A stretch of 64,000 nucleotides of DNA, taken from Harriotta raleighana. Lineage: Eukaryota. The notes under the pieces were generated by a model. That model saw nothing but the letters and a program-made list of their open reading frames with translations, made no database searches and was not told the origin of the DNA. This document shows positions 12,101 through 24,777 of the stretch, piece after piece; the first letter of the stretch is position 1, and every line of letters begins with the position of its first letter. A program made the translations under genes and the position numbers. The DNA lies in NCBI GenBank assembly GCA_050575255.1, contig JBNZDD010013721.1:9823372-9887371 (forward strand), written 5' to 3'.

Positions 12101-14855
12101 GTATTGAGGGGTAACGCTGCTCCTAATGTTCCACTGTGTAAAATAAACTGCCATAGGTTAAGCCCTACCTTTGTGTGTATTTTGTGAACTTGTGGGAAAC
12201 ATGACAATAGTAGTGTCCAAAATATAATTCAATTTTGCATTAAAAAAATAATAATTGTTTTGTAAAATTGCATTACAGTATTTTATGCATCTACAAGGAC
12301 AATTTGGGGAAACTTTGCAAGTGGGGCTGTATTGCACAAACTCCTTTGCAATCAATTTGCTTCATAAAACAAAATAACCCTAATATAACTTTTTTTTTTC
12401 CCCCTTCCTGTAATTTTCTCTCGTCCCCTCTTTTCAGTTCCTTTCACTGGATGTTGGATGCTGGACAAAATGGCACATTTGGTTGCAATAGCTTTGGATT
12501 CAATTACTCAGGTGCAGATAACAGGGAATGAATGTTCCTGGATCACCTTCAAAATCTCATTATATTGGGTTGAAGAATAATGTAAATGTGTTCTGCTGTC
12601 TATTCATAGTGAACAGCTATGAATTTACCAGTGATTCACCACCATTGCAGTGTGAATGGAATAGGTGACACATATTCCGATTACAATAATCTTTCGCCTG
12701 TGTTCATAGCGTGTATATTTCAGATTAAAAAAGGTTTGCCAATCATGTGTTTTTAAATAAACCATATGATCATAAGTGGAGTCAATGGAAAATCACAATT
12801 TTGATCTAAACCGCCCGAGAGGTTTTCATGAAATCGTGTAGTCAAATCACCAAGAATGTCAGTAATACAGATTTCTGCATTATATGGGCATGCATTTCTA
12901 AAGGCGCAACTGGAGAGAATAATACAGATATTTGGGCGGTGGGTGGGGGGAAGATCAATGTTGTTCAAATTGACCTTTATACTCGTGACTTGGCTGCACC
13001 AGTGGTTGGGAGTTCCATCAGCGGTTTATCTTATGAATTGACAGATGGGTCCAGGTACTGAGCCAGTAGCAACAGAGGATACAACACTGATTGGAACAGC
13101 AGGGATGACTGGAGCAGTAGGGAGAATTGGTGGATGAGTCACAATTGTATGTGCTAACAGTCCAGATGGACCTTTTGAGTGATTCCGCACTCAGCATCTG
13201 AGAACATTGGGTTCCCACTACTTTTTAATTGTGTTCTAAAATTTTTAATCGGGGGCAGTTTCACACAGAAATACATGAGCAACGTCACATTTTCCGTGTC
13301 GGTTCTTCGATGCTTCGAGAGCCCTAGCATGCAATGTACAAGTCACCCAGGTAAGGTATTTGGTAAATTATACAGGTGTTACGATTTGGCGGTTCTCCAC
13401 TTGGAACTTTTCCAATCCATCATCTCCTTCTACTTCACTCCCTCTGCCTTTTTAACGTCACCTGAAGACCCATCTCCATTTGCACTGTGATTTCCCCTCC
13501 CTACTTGCTCAATGTCCACTACTCCAACCGTTGAACATTTGAGATGTAATCTAATTGTCATTGATGCTCTGGGGTCTAATTTGCAGGTTGGGTTAGGAAC
13601 CTGTGTGCAAAATGTGTGAGGTTTGTTAACCATGTCAAGCTCACACAGGAAATTATAAGTGTCATGTCATCTACCTATATAAAGATATTTAAAACACTTG
13701 TTGTCCTTTCAATTGATTGTAAATTATATAATTAAGAGCAACTGTGATTCTCTCTATATGTTAATGATTGCTTATGACTAATCGAACCAACAAATTTCAC
13801 ACGCCGGTTCCTATTCCAACCACAAACCGGCCTACTATATTCAAGCTGTTAAATAGTTGTTAAATCTGTGCTCGTATAAATTCAGTCTTAAGAGCAAGTC
13901 ATTTTCCCTTCAAAAGAACCGCAGTAACTTGGGGTCCCTGTGGTATTTTGTATACAATTGGCTCAGAACAGTGAAATCTGAAGGTAGCAGCTGCACTGAA
14001 ACTTGTATCACAGTTGTAGGTGGGAGAAATGATCATTCTTACACGTGGATGGTTAAAATGGAACTCATCTATCCAGCTCCAGTGGGTAGCAATTAAGCAT
14101 CACAGATACAGTCTGTACAATCAGTCCACTCGCTCACTGCACCTTTTCCTGTTGAGAGATTTTATTATGAATCTTTGAATTAGAAAGGACTACAGGCGGG
14201 GGGGAAATAACAACACTGCAACTCCCCTATTAGTGCTGCTGTTTCATGAAGCATGATTAGATGCTCAATGTAGGAGATTTGATATGCCTGGGAAGCAACT
14301 GTAAAATATATCTTTGGGACATTCTTGGAATAAATCTGAGCATCCAAGGGAGAATTTTGTGCAGAAAAAATGCAGGTAGCTCCCAGAGAACCACATAATG
14401 GCTATTGAGGGTCACACGTGAATTACGTTTTAGAAATCTAAAGAGAAAAGTAAATTCTGCAGCATGAAAAACTGTTCCTGTGCATTGCATTTGGAATTTG
14501 ATGTACCTCGATCTGAACATGAGTCTGTGGATAAAGACAGAGAGAGAGAAAGAGAGAGTGGTGGTGGGGGGTGGGGGGGGAATGCTTTTTGTTTGTAGGA
14601 TCTGTTCGTGTTGAATTTGAGACTTGAGGCTGCTTTCTTCAATGTAGCATTGTGCAGAGATTCTCACTTGATTGATCAAGAGTGCAAAATCAGTCAGTTT
14701 TATGGAGGTGTTTCTGTCTACAATGGACCTCAGAATAATTGAAAATATCAGTTATGTAGCTTTTGCACCAAAATTTATTTCATTTGAATAGCCCACCTCC
14801 TCTGAAAAGTAGCTATGCAGAAAAGGGTCTGTTTGCTCTAAATACACCTATACTT

Positions 14856-14980
14856 GTGGAGCTCCTGTAGCTCAGTGATTAGAACACTCGCCTTACAAGA
14901 GTGAGACTTGTGTTCGAATCCAGGCTGAACAGGGCGAAACCTTGGGTAAGTCTCCTTACTCCACACGCCTAATAATAATT
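14856..14980 (+). mobile_element. Head-only major-family SINE (tRNA-like part, 3' half lost)
   Basis: Near-identical to 46536-46670, with A and B boxes, and ends at cctaataataat. Confidence 0.85.
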
Positions 14981-17454
14981 ATATCTCATATCTGAAGAAC
15001 AGCGACTTGAACGGGACGCTTAAAGGCTACTGGGATTTGTGGACTCCCACTGTAACCTTTAAAAGAGGGATACAATTAATTAGGGGCGGAATTTGGTCTG
15101 AATGCTCAGCTGTGAAATACAGTATTGTGTCATCGCAGTATTATAGGCCTGTGGCATTTGCAACGGAATTGGGGAAGTATCGTCAAACAATAGCCTCTCG
15201 AATGCTGGTTGGAACTTAAAATGTAGGGTAAATACTTCTCGTCCTGAGGGGAGCCTAGCAAGCCTAATTTGTAGGACTCTGGATCCACATTTTGAATACT
15301 GCCTTCTCCTTGTGTGAAATAAAACCATCCAGTGCAAAGCTGAAGTCAACACAAATGGAAGCAACAGAGGTCTTCCAAAAAAAAACGTGGGCTTTGTTCT
15401 ATCACCAACAGGTTTAACATCTTGAAAGTAAAGTTATTGTTATCCTGCAGATCGCTTGCAAGCATGAGCAATTGCACTGTCTTAAAGTGGCTTTATGTAA
15501 AGAGCAGTTCTCGTTCTATAGTTGTCTTACTCGGACTAAATTGCATGTTCAACAGAAATTGCTGCTGTCAGCAGTTAAAGATTAGCCAGGTTCTCCAGGG
15601 ATGCTTTTTCTACGGCATCATCAGTTGTGCTCCTTATTCTTCTGTTCCACTTTGATATCATGTGTCTTTGTGTGCATGCAAGGTCAGATCCTTTCTTATA
15701 TATAAATGTAAGGCGGTGGGGCGAGTGGGGGTGGGGGGAACCCTGCAACATGTAAGCAATACAAGTTCCCAAAATACATTATGGGAATAATGAGTCTTCA
15801 CTTAGTTTGTTAATTTTGTTTTACCATTTTTATTCACAAAACCAATCTGTAAATCAATAATGGCAGAATACTGAAAAATATTCTGCCAGGAAAATATTAT
15901 TTGGCGGTTTTTTAAATGTAGCACTTTGCAATCTTATTATTTCTCACACTGTAACCTATGTTTATTTTAAGATGACCCCATGACCACTCCCTTTGAGTGG
16001 CTGATCTTGCAGTGGCTGATCTTGAAACAAGCCTATTACGTCTCGAGTTATAAGTCTTAAAGAAAGGCTTCAGGATACACTAGTGAGGGGAAACCTGACT
16101 TAAGATCTCTGAACTCCAAACAGTATATGTTGAGGTCACACTGACTATGCATAATGCCTTTTTTAGAAAGCTAGAAGTAAAGTGATGTTACTTCCAGGGG
16201 TAAGTGATGAGGCACGAGAAGCCTGATGAAACTCGTACTCTTCATCTCACTGTTCAACAATCAACAGCGATCTCAAAACGCTGAAATTGGCTGAAAATGT
16301 TGTAATATTAGCAAGGAGGCATTGCAAGCCCATCCGTAACATTTTAAAAGTCCCTTGAAAACTGTAGGGTTTTTCATTGGACGTTCTTTCACACTCACTT
16401 TGATTAGACAGCCACGGAGTGAATTGAATTTCTTACCAATTCCGCCTTCTCTATGTGCATCAGTAATGTCTCCTGATCTGAAAGGCACTTTCCAAGTGTA
16501 ATTTTGTTGTTGTTGTAGTAGTGGGGCTTCCGAATCGCATTGCTCAACCCAATTTATACAAACTTTCAAACTAAATCATTGCAAAAAGTGCCATTTTGAG
16601 CAGAGTGCAGAAATATCTTCACCGCTGATTCTGTAATACATATGGAAACGAACACTGCTCCACAAAGCCATTTTCCCTCATCTTAATAGCATGTTACGAA
16701 TATATTTGCTGCCTTCTGAATGTCTTTATAATATCCGTATCGACTGAAAATGGCAACTATTTTCATTGTGTTGATTTTCCAAATGACCACAGTTTTTTGG
16801 GAGGCGTGCAATGGTTCTTACTAATTGTGTGCATTTCCCATTTTGTTAACAGGATAAGAGTTTCGTTTAGGTTTAAAGTAACCAGCTGGTGTTTGAAGAT
16901 GAATGGGTAGCTGGAGCCATAAAGCAGCTTCCTCCTGCTGCTAGTTATGTGGTGGATTAATATGGTGATAGACCAAGTAATGAGGGCTATGAATGGATGT
17001 TGAGTTGTCACCTACCCACTGGGAGGTGGGAGAAGGAGGGAGGCAGAAACACTGTGGGCTGCAAACTAATCAAATTGTAACATATTGTATTTGTTGGCCA
17101 AGCTTGTATATCATAGCAAATGTATTTTACTTTTATGAGAAATTTCCACCTATAATTTAGTTCTATGGAAGATGACATTGGGGCTTGCATTGCGTGCATT
17201 GCATTTTCACTCTTATTACCTGGCCTCCTTAAATTCCGTAACTTCAAATCTTCACTGGGTTGAACATGACTTATTATTTTACTAAATAAAAGGATTTCTC
17301 TTCACTCTCACACGCGCGCGCACACACACACACCTACAAACAAAAGGCCTTGGCATAATAACATTCTATTAGATTTAGTGTAATTAGATTTCATTCAAGG
17401 TTAAAAATTAGTGTTCATAAATACTGTAAAACCTGGTTGTTATTGTTGGATAAT

Positions 17455-17660
17455 GGGAACAGAAGAAGGTCATTCACCCCCATTGAACTTTCTCTTATCT
17501 TATCTTATCTTCTTATCAGTTGTGGCATATTTTTCCTTCCCAATATCTCTGTTGAGTATCTAACTATCTGTGTCTCTCTTTCTCTTAAACATCCCAATTG
17601 GTTCCATCTCTTTCTGGAGTAGAAAGCTTCCAAAGCTTCACAACCTGTGTGTGAGCAATT
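17455..17660 (-). mobile_element. Degenerate CR1 3' region
   Basis: ggaacagaagaaggtcattcaccccattga and ttccaaagcttcacaacctgtgtgtga resemble the CR1 3' end in antisense. Confidence 0.45.
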
Positions 17661-18741
17661 GGTCTTTCAATGACACAGTTACCAAATATACTCAGCGACT
17701 TACCCTTATGCAGGAATGAATTAATAACGAAAGTAGATTTCACAGGTCTGAACTCAAAGCTATCTAATGGGTTGCATGAAGTTTGAAATGGAGTGTGGCG
17801 AGTGAGCAAGCACTGACACCTGACTAATGCATCACAGAGAATTGGTGGGGAAAATATCACCTTCTTAGATTTTAATTTCTAGAGGTTACCTCGCTGCTCA
17901 AATTAATATTTCCAGTGCTTTGTTATTGGTACAATTCAATTCCCCCCCCACCTCATGGGCATGCTTTTCATTATCTGTGGGAGACTTCTGATGTATTTAT
18001 ATTTCTCTCCCCCCTCCATCCCCATCCCTTCTGAAATCCAGCAACTTAATCACTGCAGGAGGTTCTTCCCTGTGGAAATCAAGATCATCATTTATTCCAG
18101 ATTTTTTAAAAAAATCTTTTCCAACGTTTGCCTTTCACTCGGAAGTGTTTGATATGATTAGATAGGGCAATGGAGAAATGTATTGACAATGGAGAAATTC
18201 AACGAGGATGGAGCCCAAGGATGACATTGCTTTCAAATCGGTCCTCAGGATAAAACACACTAAGAATATCTGGCTGAGTTGCTGTTTAAGGAACTTTTCA
18301 GCTCCTTCTCTCCTGATGGAAACAACTCAAATCTGATTTTTGAAACACTTTTATTAGAAATACACTCCAAACTATCAATTGATCACTTAAGTGATAATGA
18401 CACTGAGGGAGTAGAGTAAGTTGTAGGTGACAGGTAGTATGATTGAAGAATAAGACTGCAAGTTGTCCTTCATATCACTTTTATATTGTCGAAGACACTT
18501 CAGCTGGATAAGTGGCTTTGAGTTACCTGATTTGTCAATGTTGCGAAATCTGCTCTCCTCTGTGGGATGGATTCCACATTGGGTATGACAGTAGAAGCAA
18601 TATTGACGGATTTCTCTTCTTCTGTACAATATTTACTTTATATTATTTACTCATTTAATGGGCCAGAAACTGTATTGTGGCTCATCAATAGACCTGTGAG
18701 AAAGAATCCTCTGAGAAATTCCTTTCTTTGTTGATGTCATC

Positions 18742-18885
18742 AGATCTTTAACATCCCCCGAACAGGCAGTTGGGACCTCGGTTTAACATCTCATNACAGT
18801 GTCATGAGATCTTTAACATCCCCCGAACAGGCAGTTGGGACCTCGGTTTAACATCTCATCTGAAGGACAACACCTCCGACAACAC
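18742..18885 (-). mobile_element. DeuSINE internal fragment (partly duplicated across N 18795)
   Basis: gatctttaacatcccccgaacaggcagttgggacctcggtttaacatctcatctgaaggacaacacctccgaca. Confidence 0.7.
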
Positions 18886-18961
18886 AACACCCACACCCCC
18901 CCACCCCCACCCCCAGAACTAGAGGACAAAACCAGTACAATTTCCCAATGGAAGGCGTTGG

Positions 18962-19160
18962 GAACACTCAGCAGGTCAGGCAGCATCTATGGAGAAAGGA
19001 AAAGTGAGTCAACGTTTTGGATCCACGACCCTTCATCAGAACAGTTGTGGACCCGAAACGTTGACTCACTTTTCCTTTCTCTACAGATGCTGCTGCCTGA
19101 TCTGATGAGTGTTCTCAGTGACTTCTGTTTTTGTTTCGGATTTCCAGCTTCCGCAGTATT
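18962..19160. mobile_element. Palindromic Penelope-like repeat (arms about 18962-19026 and 19047-19114)
   Basis: gaacactcagcaggtcaggcagcatctatggagaaaggaaaagtgagtcaacgttttggatccac pairs with gtggacccgaaacgttgactcacttttcctttctctacagatgctgctgcctgatctgatgagtgttc. Confidence 0.7.
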
Positions 19161-21689
19161 TTTCTTTTTTTTTCTTTCAATTTCAACAACTTCAATTTAT
19201 ATAGCGCCCTCCACGCCGGACGGCGTCTCAGATCCCGATAGTGTGGTTGAAATCTAGATTGTGTTTATTTAATTGTATTGGCTGCATATCTTTCAGCAAT
19301 TCAGAGCTTGTGTTCCAAAACACTGAGCTACACTTTTGCAACCTCTGCCCTACTGATTTCAGTATGAGATGTTGGCTGCATTAGCATCACATCGAGGCAT
19401 GTTTAATTGAGCTTCATAGCTCTTGATGGGTTGAAAACAGAGGACATTGTTCAATCAGATTTCACAGTGAGCAAGGTCAGTTCTGTGATGCAACACATTG
19501 CACTGTGCTGTGAACTGGTTCAAATCCCAGACACTGTCAAATATGCCCTAGATCTAAAAAGAGATAAGGTGCATTGGCTGACTGAAGGGGACCACAGACT
19601 ATAGTACCTCCAAATGATGAAAAGTCAGAAAGTATGCTGGTGCAGTCAAAGAGGATTCACAACATACAACCTTCTCGATCCATGCTCACCTGAGCAGGGG
19701 AGAGGGAGTCGGAAGAAAAAAAATGTTGGAGTAAATAAAGCCTCAAAAAGGAATCGGTTAACAGTTATGCAAGAGTAGCTTGAAGATAAAATGTAAAAAT
19801 AATAAAATACAGTAACTCATTTGGAAAGAAAAATCTGTGTAAACTGGCAGCAAGTTTGCTACATGAGCTAGCGTAACTATTATTCTACTGTTGGTATCAA
19901 TCTGACTGCATTTGAAATTCATTGAAGGGGTGTGTAGTTGACTTTCCAAATACTCAAATAGAATGGGCTTTTTTTTTAAAAACTGATGAATGAAACCTTG
20001 TAAAATGTAGTGATTGGTGTTTCTCTCGAGGTGGGGTCTTGAGACGCAGCGTGATTTTTTTTTACTTATAATTTTTTTAAGAATAATCTATGAAATTTGG
20101 AAATGTGCGTGGGAATTATGATGCACATTTCTCCGGGGTGGGATGAACTGGATATTAATCACTTGTAACCGTTCGGAAACGCATTGATTCCTCACTTCAT
20201 AAACGAAAAGCAAACCACAGAAAGCATAGTGCATTCTCTGTCCCTTTTTGTTTCCTCTGATAACTGGGGAACAACTGCTGATCCTAGACAAACCAGACTA
20301 TTATCTTGCAGTGGATAAACTCGTACTCAGTGTGATCAATAACGAGTAGGAACAGTCTGCTTTTAGCGATCAAGATCACATAGATAACTTTCTATTTCAC
20401 AGAGAAATCTTACAGAGAAAGCTGAATAACCCTGTAACCTCCACTTTTCCGGTACATATGCGGTCCATCATGTTTTTACCATATAAAAATGTTACTTAGC
20501 TGTCTTCTCGAAACTTCTTCCCTTGTGCTTGCATCAAGGGTGTTGCAATGCCCATTGGAAGATAATTGGAAATCAGAACACAGCAATCCAAGGTCATTGG
20601 GTCGGGTTTAAAAAGAGGCAGTCAGCCAAAATGGCATACTGTGCTTTCTCTTTGTGTGTGTGTGTGTAACATTAACTAAACTGCAGTATTTTTTTCTCTC
20701 CCAAGATTTAGTTGGTAACAGATGAAATCTCTATGTGCGCAAAAAAATTACAGTTTGCATTTTTGCATTCATTTTCAGTGTATACACATGGGGCTGGAGA
20801 ATACATTAAACAGAATGAATCTAATATTAAAGAATTAAATGCAAGCAGACACTTTCATGAAATAAAATTGACAGACCAACACATTAAAAAGACTCACATA
20901 ACGAGAGGTATTCGGAACTCTGCATACGTATTTATTAACGTTAATCCACAAACGAGTCAATGACACATCTATTGTGCAAATAGCATCCACTTAGCTGGGC
21001 TGACTGCCTCAAATCCAAATAAAATGTATTAGTTGTGGAGGCAAAAAAAAGGTTTTTTTAAAAAAAATCTTGGTCAAATGAGATTTGGCAAACTGCGATG
21101 TAATTTTAGCCACATTAACATCTTGTTGCAGTGTTGTACATTCTCTGCCCTTTCTATGCTGCTGGCACTGAAAACTTTAAGGATTCCTGCACAGCAGCTG
21201 TTAAAGCTGAAACCACCAAAAGGATGGGAAATGCTTTTGCCCAGCCACAAAGCCCTGGCGATTGTGAAGATTTGTTATGGGATCCACTGATATCTATAGG
21301 CTATTAGACCACATTAACAATAAAGATTGATTTGGATGCAGATTGGCAGGTAATTGAGCCTGGAATGGTTGCCCTTTCCTATATTTACAGCCGGTGCTGA
21401 CTATTCATGGCTCAGGCCATTTCCGATCAATATCCAGCCTGGTCCCAAAGTGCTGAGCTGCAGATTTCATTCTATGCCCACGGTCTGCAGAATCCATAAC
21501 TCATGTCACTCCAGAACTGATGTCAGTGAGCGAAGCCGCTCCACAGGCCATAGAAGACCAAAATAGTGGGCAGCCCCTGGGACCGAAGGGAAATACAATA
21601 AAAGTTGCATTCAGAAACGGTTTCGATTATAGAACTGGCTTCAGGTGTGAACCTTCCCCAACCCAGACTTTGGCTCAATGAGTTTTTTT

Positions 21690-21812
21690 TTAAATTTATA
21701 TTTATATAGCGCCTTTCACGTCAGGAGGACGTCCCAAGGCGCTGTACAGTCAAGTGGGGGCAGGGGGAAGAAAAGTAGGAAAAATTGACTGTATATTTGT
21801 GGGCGAAAATTG
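21690..21812 (-). mobile_element. Second SINE subfamily (shared body, alternative tail)
   Basis: atatagcgcctttcacgtcaggaggacgtcccaaggcgctgtacag, then a G-rich stretch, then aattgactgtatatttgtgggcg. Homologous to 56585-56716 and 54365-54502. Confidence 0.8.
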
Positions 21813-24547
21813 GGCTAACATGCTATGCCCTGGCCCTAAATCACTACCTATCCTCAAGCTTGGAGTCAAACCGTGGTGGCAAAGGCAGGGGTGTTGAGCT
21901 CTGAAACCAGTCAACATTTACGAACTGCAAAGTTCTGTGATGTGATAATGATCACTGACAATACTTAACACAGTAAATTTGGCACAGTAAATAGATGGGG
22001 TGCCACCCGCTATTGAGTGCACTCTCCCTTTGTAAATGCTCTTTGCAACGAGATTGAACAATCGCCTCCTACCTTCAATTAAATTAACCCAGAGATGTTG
22101 ACAGACTTAGCTTTTTTGATATTTTAATTCTCTAGGTTGGCAAGACACTATACGCACACACAACCATTGTTGGTGTGTAAATGCAGTTCATTGGCTTGAC
22201 TGACTGCAAATCCAAATCAAATCTCAATGTGCCTCTCTCACCTCCATTTCCATCTCGAGCTCCTGTGTGGCCCACAGAAATGACTGTACACTTTGTACAC
22301 CAGATGCGGCATCCAAGTGAAAAGTGACTTGCAACCCAGATTTGCGGGGCTGCAAGCGCAAGTATTAAGTGTGACACGTGCTAAAGTTCGTGTGGGCCAT
22401 TCATTCGTTTTTTAGTTCCTCTTTTAAGATCCCTTTCTTCAGAATCCACTTGCAAAGCTGGCCATTTATTTATGGCTTTGATACAACTTGTTTATTCTTC
22501 AAGGACTACTATANTTAAGATCCCTTTCTTCAGAATCCACTTGCAAAGCTGGCTATTTATTTATGGCTTTGATACAACTTGTTTATTCTTCAAGGACTAC
22601 TATATTAAGCAGTGCTTTGTTTGAAGAGTACTCTCAAGAACGCTTCCAAGTGCCATTACACAGAGAGACTGGATGGGGTTCTGTGCCAATGATTCAATGC
22701 ACATATTGAGCTTCTGATTTTTGATCTCGTCTTAAGTGGTAGGCTTGTCACATGGCCTTTTCACTGATTGAGATAACTGCACCTAACAACCTTGCGTTGT
22801 TTCGCCCTAGTGACTAGCATGAAAAGGCGAGATTGCTGAATCCCAACGCTCGCAACATCCCAAAGCCAAATGCGCTTCAAACAGAGCTTGAGAACCACGA
22901 GAGGTATTAAGCCTTCAGAGGGCTGCCAGTGGGATGGAGAAGCTTGCGTCTTGACCCCTAGGCTATAACATCAATGTGACTGGTTCCATTTTTTTTTTTT
23001 AAAAAGCAAAATTGGGAAGAGTTACAAAGATGGGCTGGTGAAGCCTTGTCACTACTCAAAATGGTTTTCCTCACAAATAAATTGAAATCTGCAATTAAAT
23101 ATAATTCATTTCATGAAACTCAAACCCAGATTTTTGCCCTCCAGTCCTTTTTGCTCCAGCACAGTGCACTTTATTGATGCCATTTTGGTTCCAAATAACC
23201 TGTGGGTAGTTGACACGAGTGTTAGACTCACAGGTAACAGAAGTGGGATAGTGCTTGAAAGCTAAATTTTCAGCTTCGCAGCTTAACAGAATGAATGGAG
23301 CCTGAAGGCTTTTGAGACTTCATCACAGCCTAATTGTGATTCATTACGGATCTGAATATAGGTGTTAACGTTCAGTGGGTTTTAAAACGAACAGTATTTT
23401 TTTTCTTTGAAACACGCCTATTTCCTTGAAGTGGAGTTAATTCACTTACCACAGTCTATCCTGTAATCTGGCTGCATACAGCTTGTGTGACTTGATTTAT
23501 ACGAGTTATTCAGAATGTGCATGATCTTCTTTATCAGTAATATGCAAAATCTTGACGGTTTGTGTGGGCAATATTGCCAAAATGTTGTCCAGAGGCTTAC
23601 GGAAGTGATCAAAGTGAATCTTAAAATGTCTGACGTGGCAAGCTGAATGCATTACTGCACACTTCAATTCATGCCTGCAGTAGACAGTCCACAATGCTTC
23701 CTGCAATCTAAGTTCATCTTGCTTTCTTTCATCAAATCATTTAGGACCTGAGAGCGCAACAGTCCTTCACAGTGACATCAGTGACTGTGGGTCACTTTTA
23801 TTGCATCACTCAAGAGGCTGTGGTCTTATCTCACACATTCAGTCGCTTTTACCAGTCTGTCAGCAGAAAATGGTTCAAATTGAACTTGACTTGGAAGTGC
23901 ATTTTGAGATTTTAGTCCAGTAATACAATAATTAAAGCTCTGGTAATGGTAATCCCACAATTGCAGTTTAAAGACCCAGCAGATGAAATTAGACACCTGA
24001 TTAAAGGTGAATTGTCACTTCCGTCCCTAAGTAATGAATCCAGTTTAAGTCTTGTTGGAGTGGAGTTGTGGTCCCTTGTCTCATTGTTTCCTCTTTGATA
24101 CCAAAACTGCCCAAAGAGTAACTGGAAGCAGTACAGCTTGAGCCATGAATGGCAGAATTCTTGGGTGCTGCTCATGCTCTCTTTTCGAATGGGAAGATGA
24201 AGAAAACCAGCGAGTGAGCGATGCACTCGGCATTCATCTCAGTTGGATCATGGGGAACCGGCTGTTTTCATGAATTGATGGTACAATTCGGAATACATTA
24301 AAGCCTCCAGCCTAAGCTCTTGTGGGACAGAGATAAAATAGAAGAGTCTGCCTGAAAGGTCGAATGTGCTTCACTGAAAGCTGTTGGATCATTTCCTTGA
24401 CAGGCATTTGAAGATCGAAGGTTGATTGCTTGGATTTAACTATCTCCAAGTTGTATTTGATTGTCTTTTTTTGTGTCTGCTGCCAATCACAACACAATCT
24501 TTTGTCTTCTCCCCCCCCCACCCACCACCCCATTTTTTTTCTTGTAG

Positions 24548-24777
24548 TGAAATTTAATGACTGCGATGGGAATCGAGACATACAGTATGGAACCAGCAAT
24601 CCTGACTTCAAGGTGGGGATAGATGGCACCTTATACGCTACCCAACCGATCCAGATGGCCTCAAAGCAAGTGAAGTTTGTTGTCACGGCACGAAATGTTC
24701 AAGACCAGAAGAAATGGGAAGCAGGGGTCAAGCTCCTGGTAAAAGCACGAGGAACTGCAAGGCACAATGTACTAAAG
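24548..24777 (+). CDS. cdh4: Cadherin-4 (R-cadherin) coding exon, prodomain (exon 3 equivalent)
   Basis: Long pyrimidine tract ending in TAG (AG at 24546-47) and donor GTATTT at 24778; 230 bp, phase 1 to 0. Translates (V)KFNDCDGNRDIQYGTSNPDFKVGIDGTLYATQPIQMASKQVKFVVTARNVQDQKKWEAGVKLLVKARGTARHNVLK, a cadherin prodomain with the CDH4-type DFKVGxDGT motif. Confidence 0.93.

Larger units (their letters stand above)
1..24547 (+). other. cdh4: 3' part of the large intron 2 of cdh4
   Basis: No signal-peptide or exon-2-like coding sequence was seen upstream of the prodomain exon. Intron 2 of classical cadherins is known to be very long. Confidence 0.75.

Noticed and set aside
16203-16250. Small hairpin with TGATGA...GAAAC resembling a hammerhead or SECIS element
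   Set aside because: Core spacing is wrong and the other helices are missing; it is compatible with chance.
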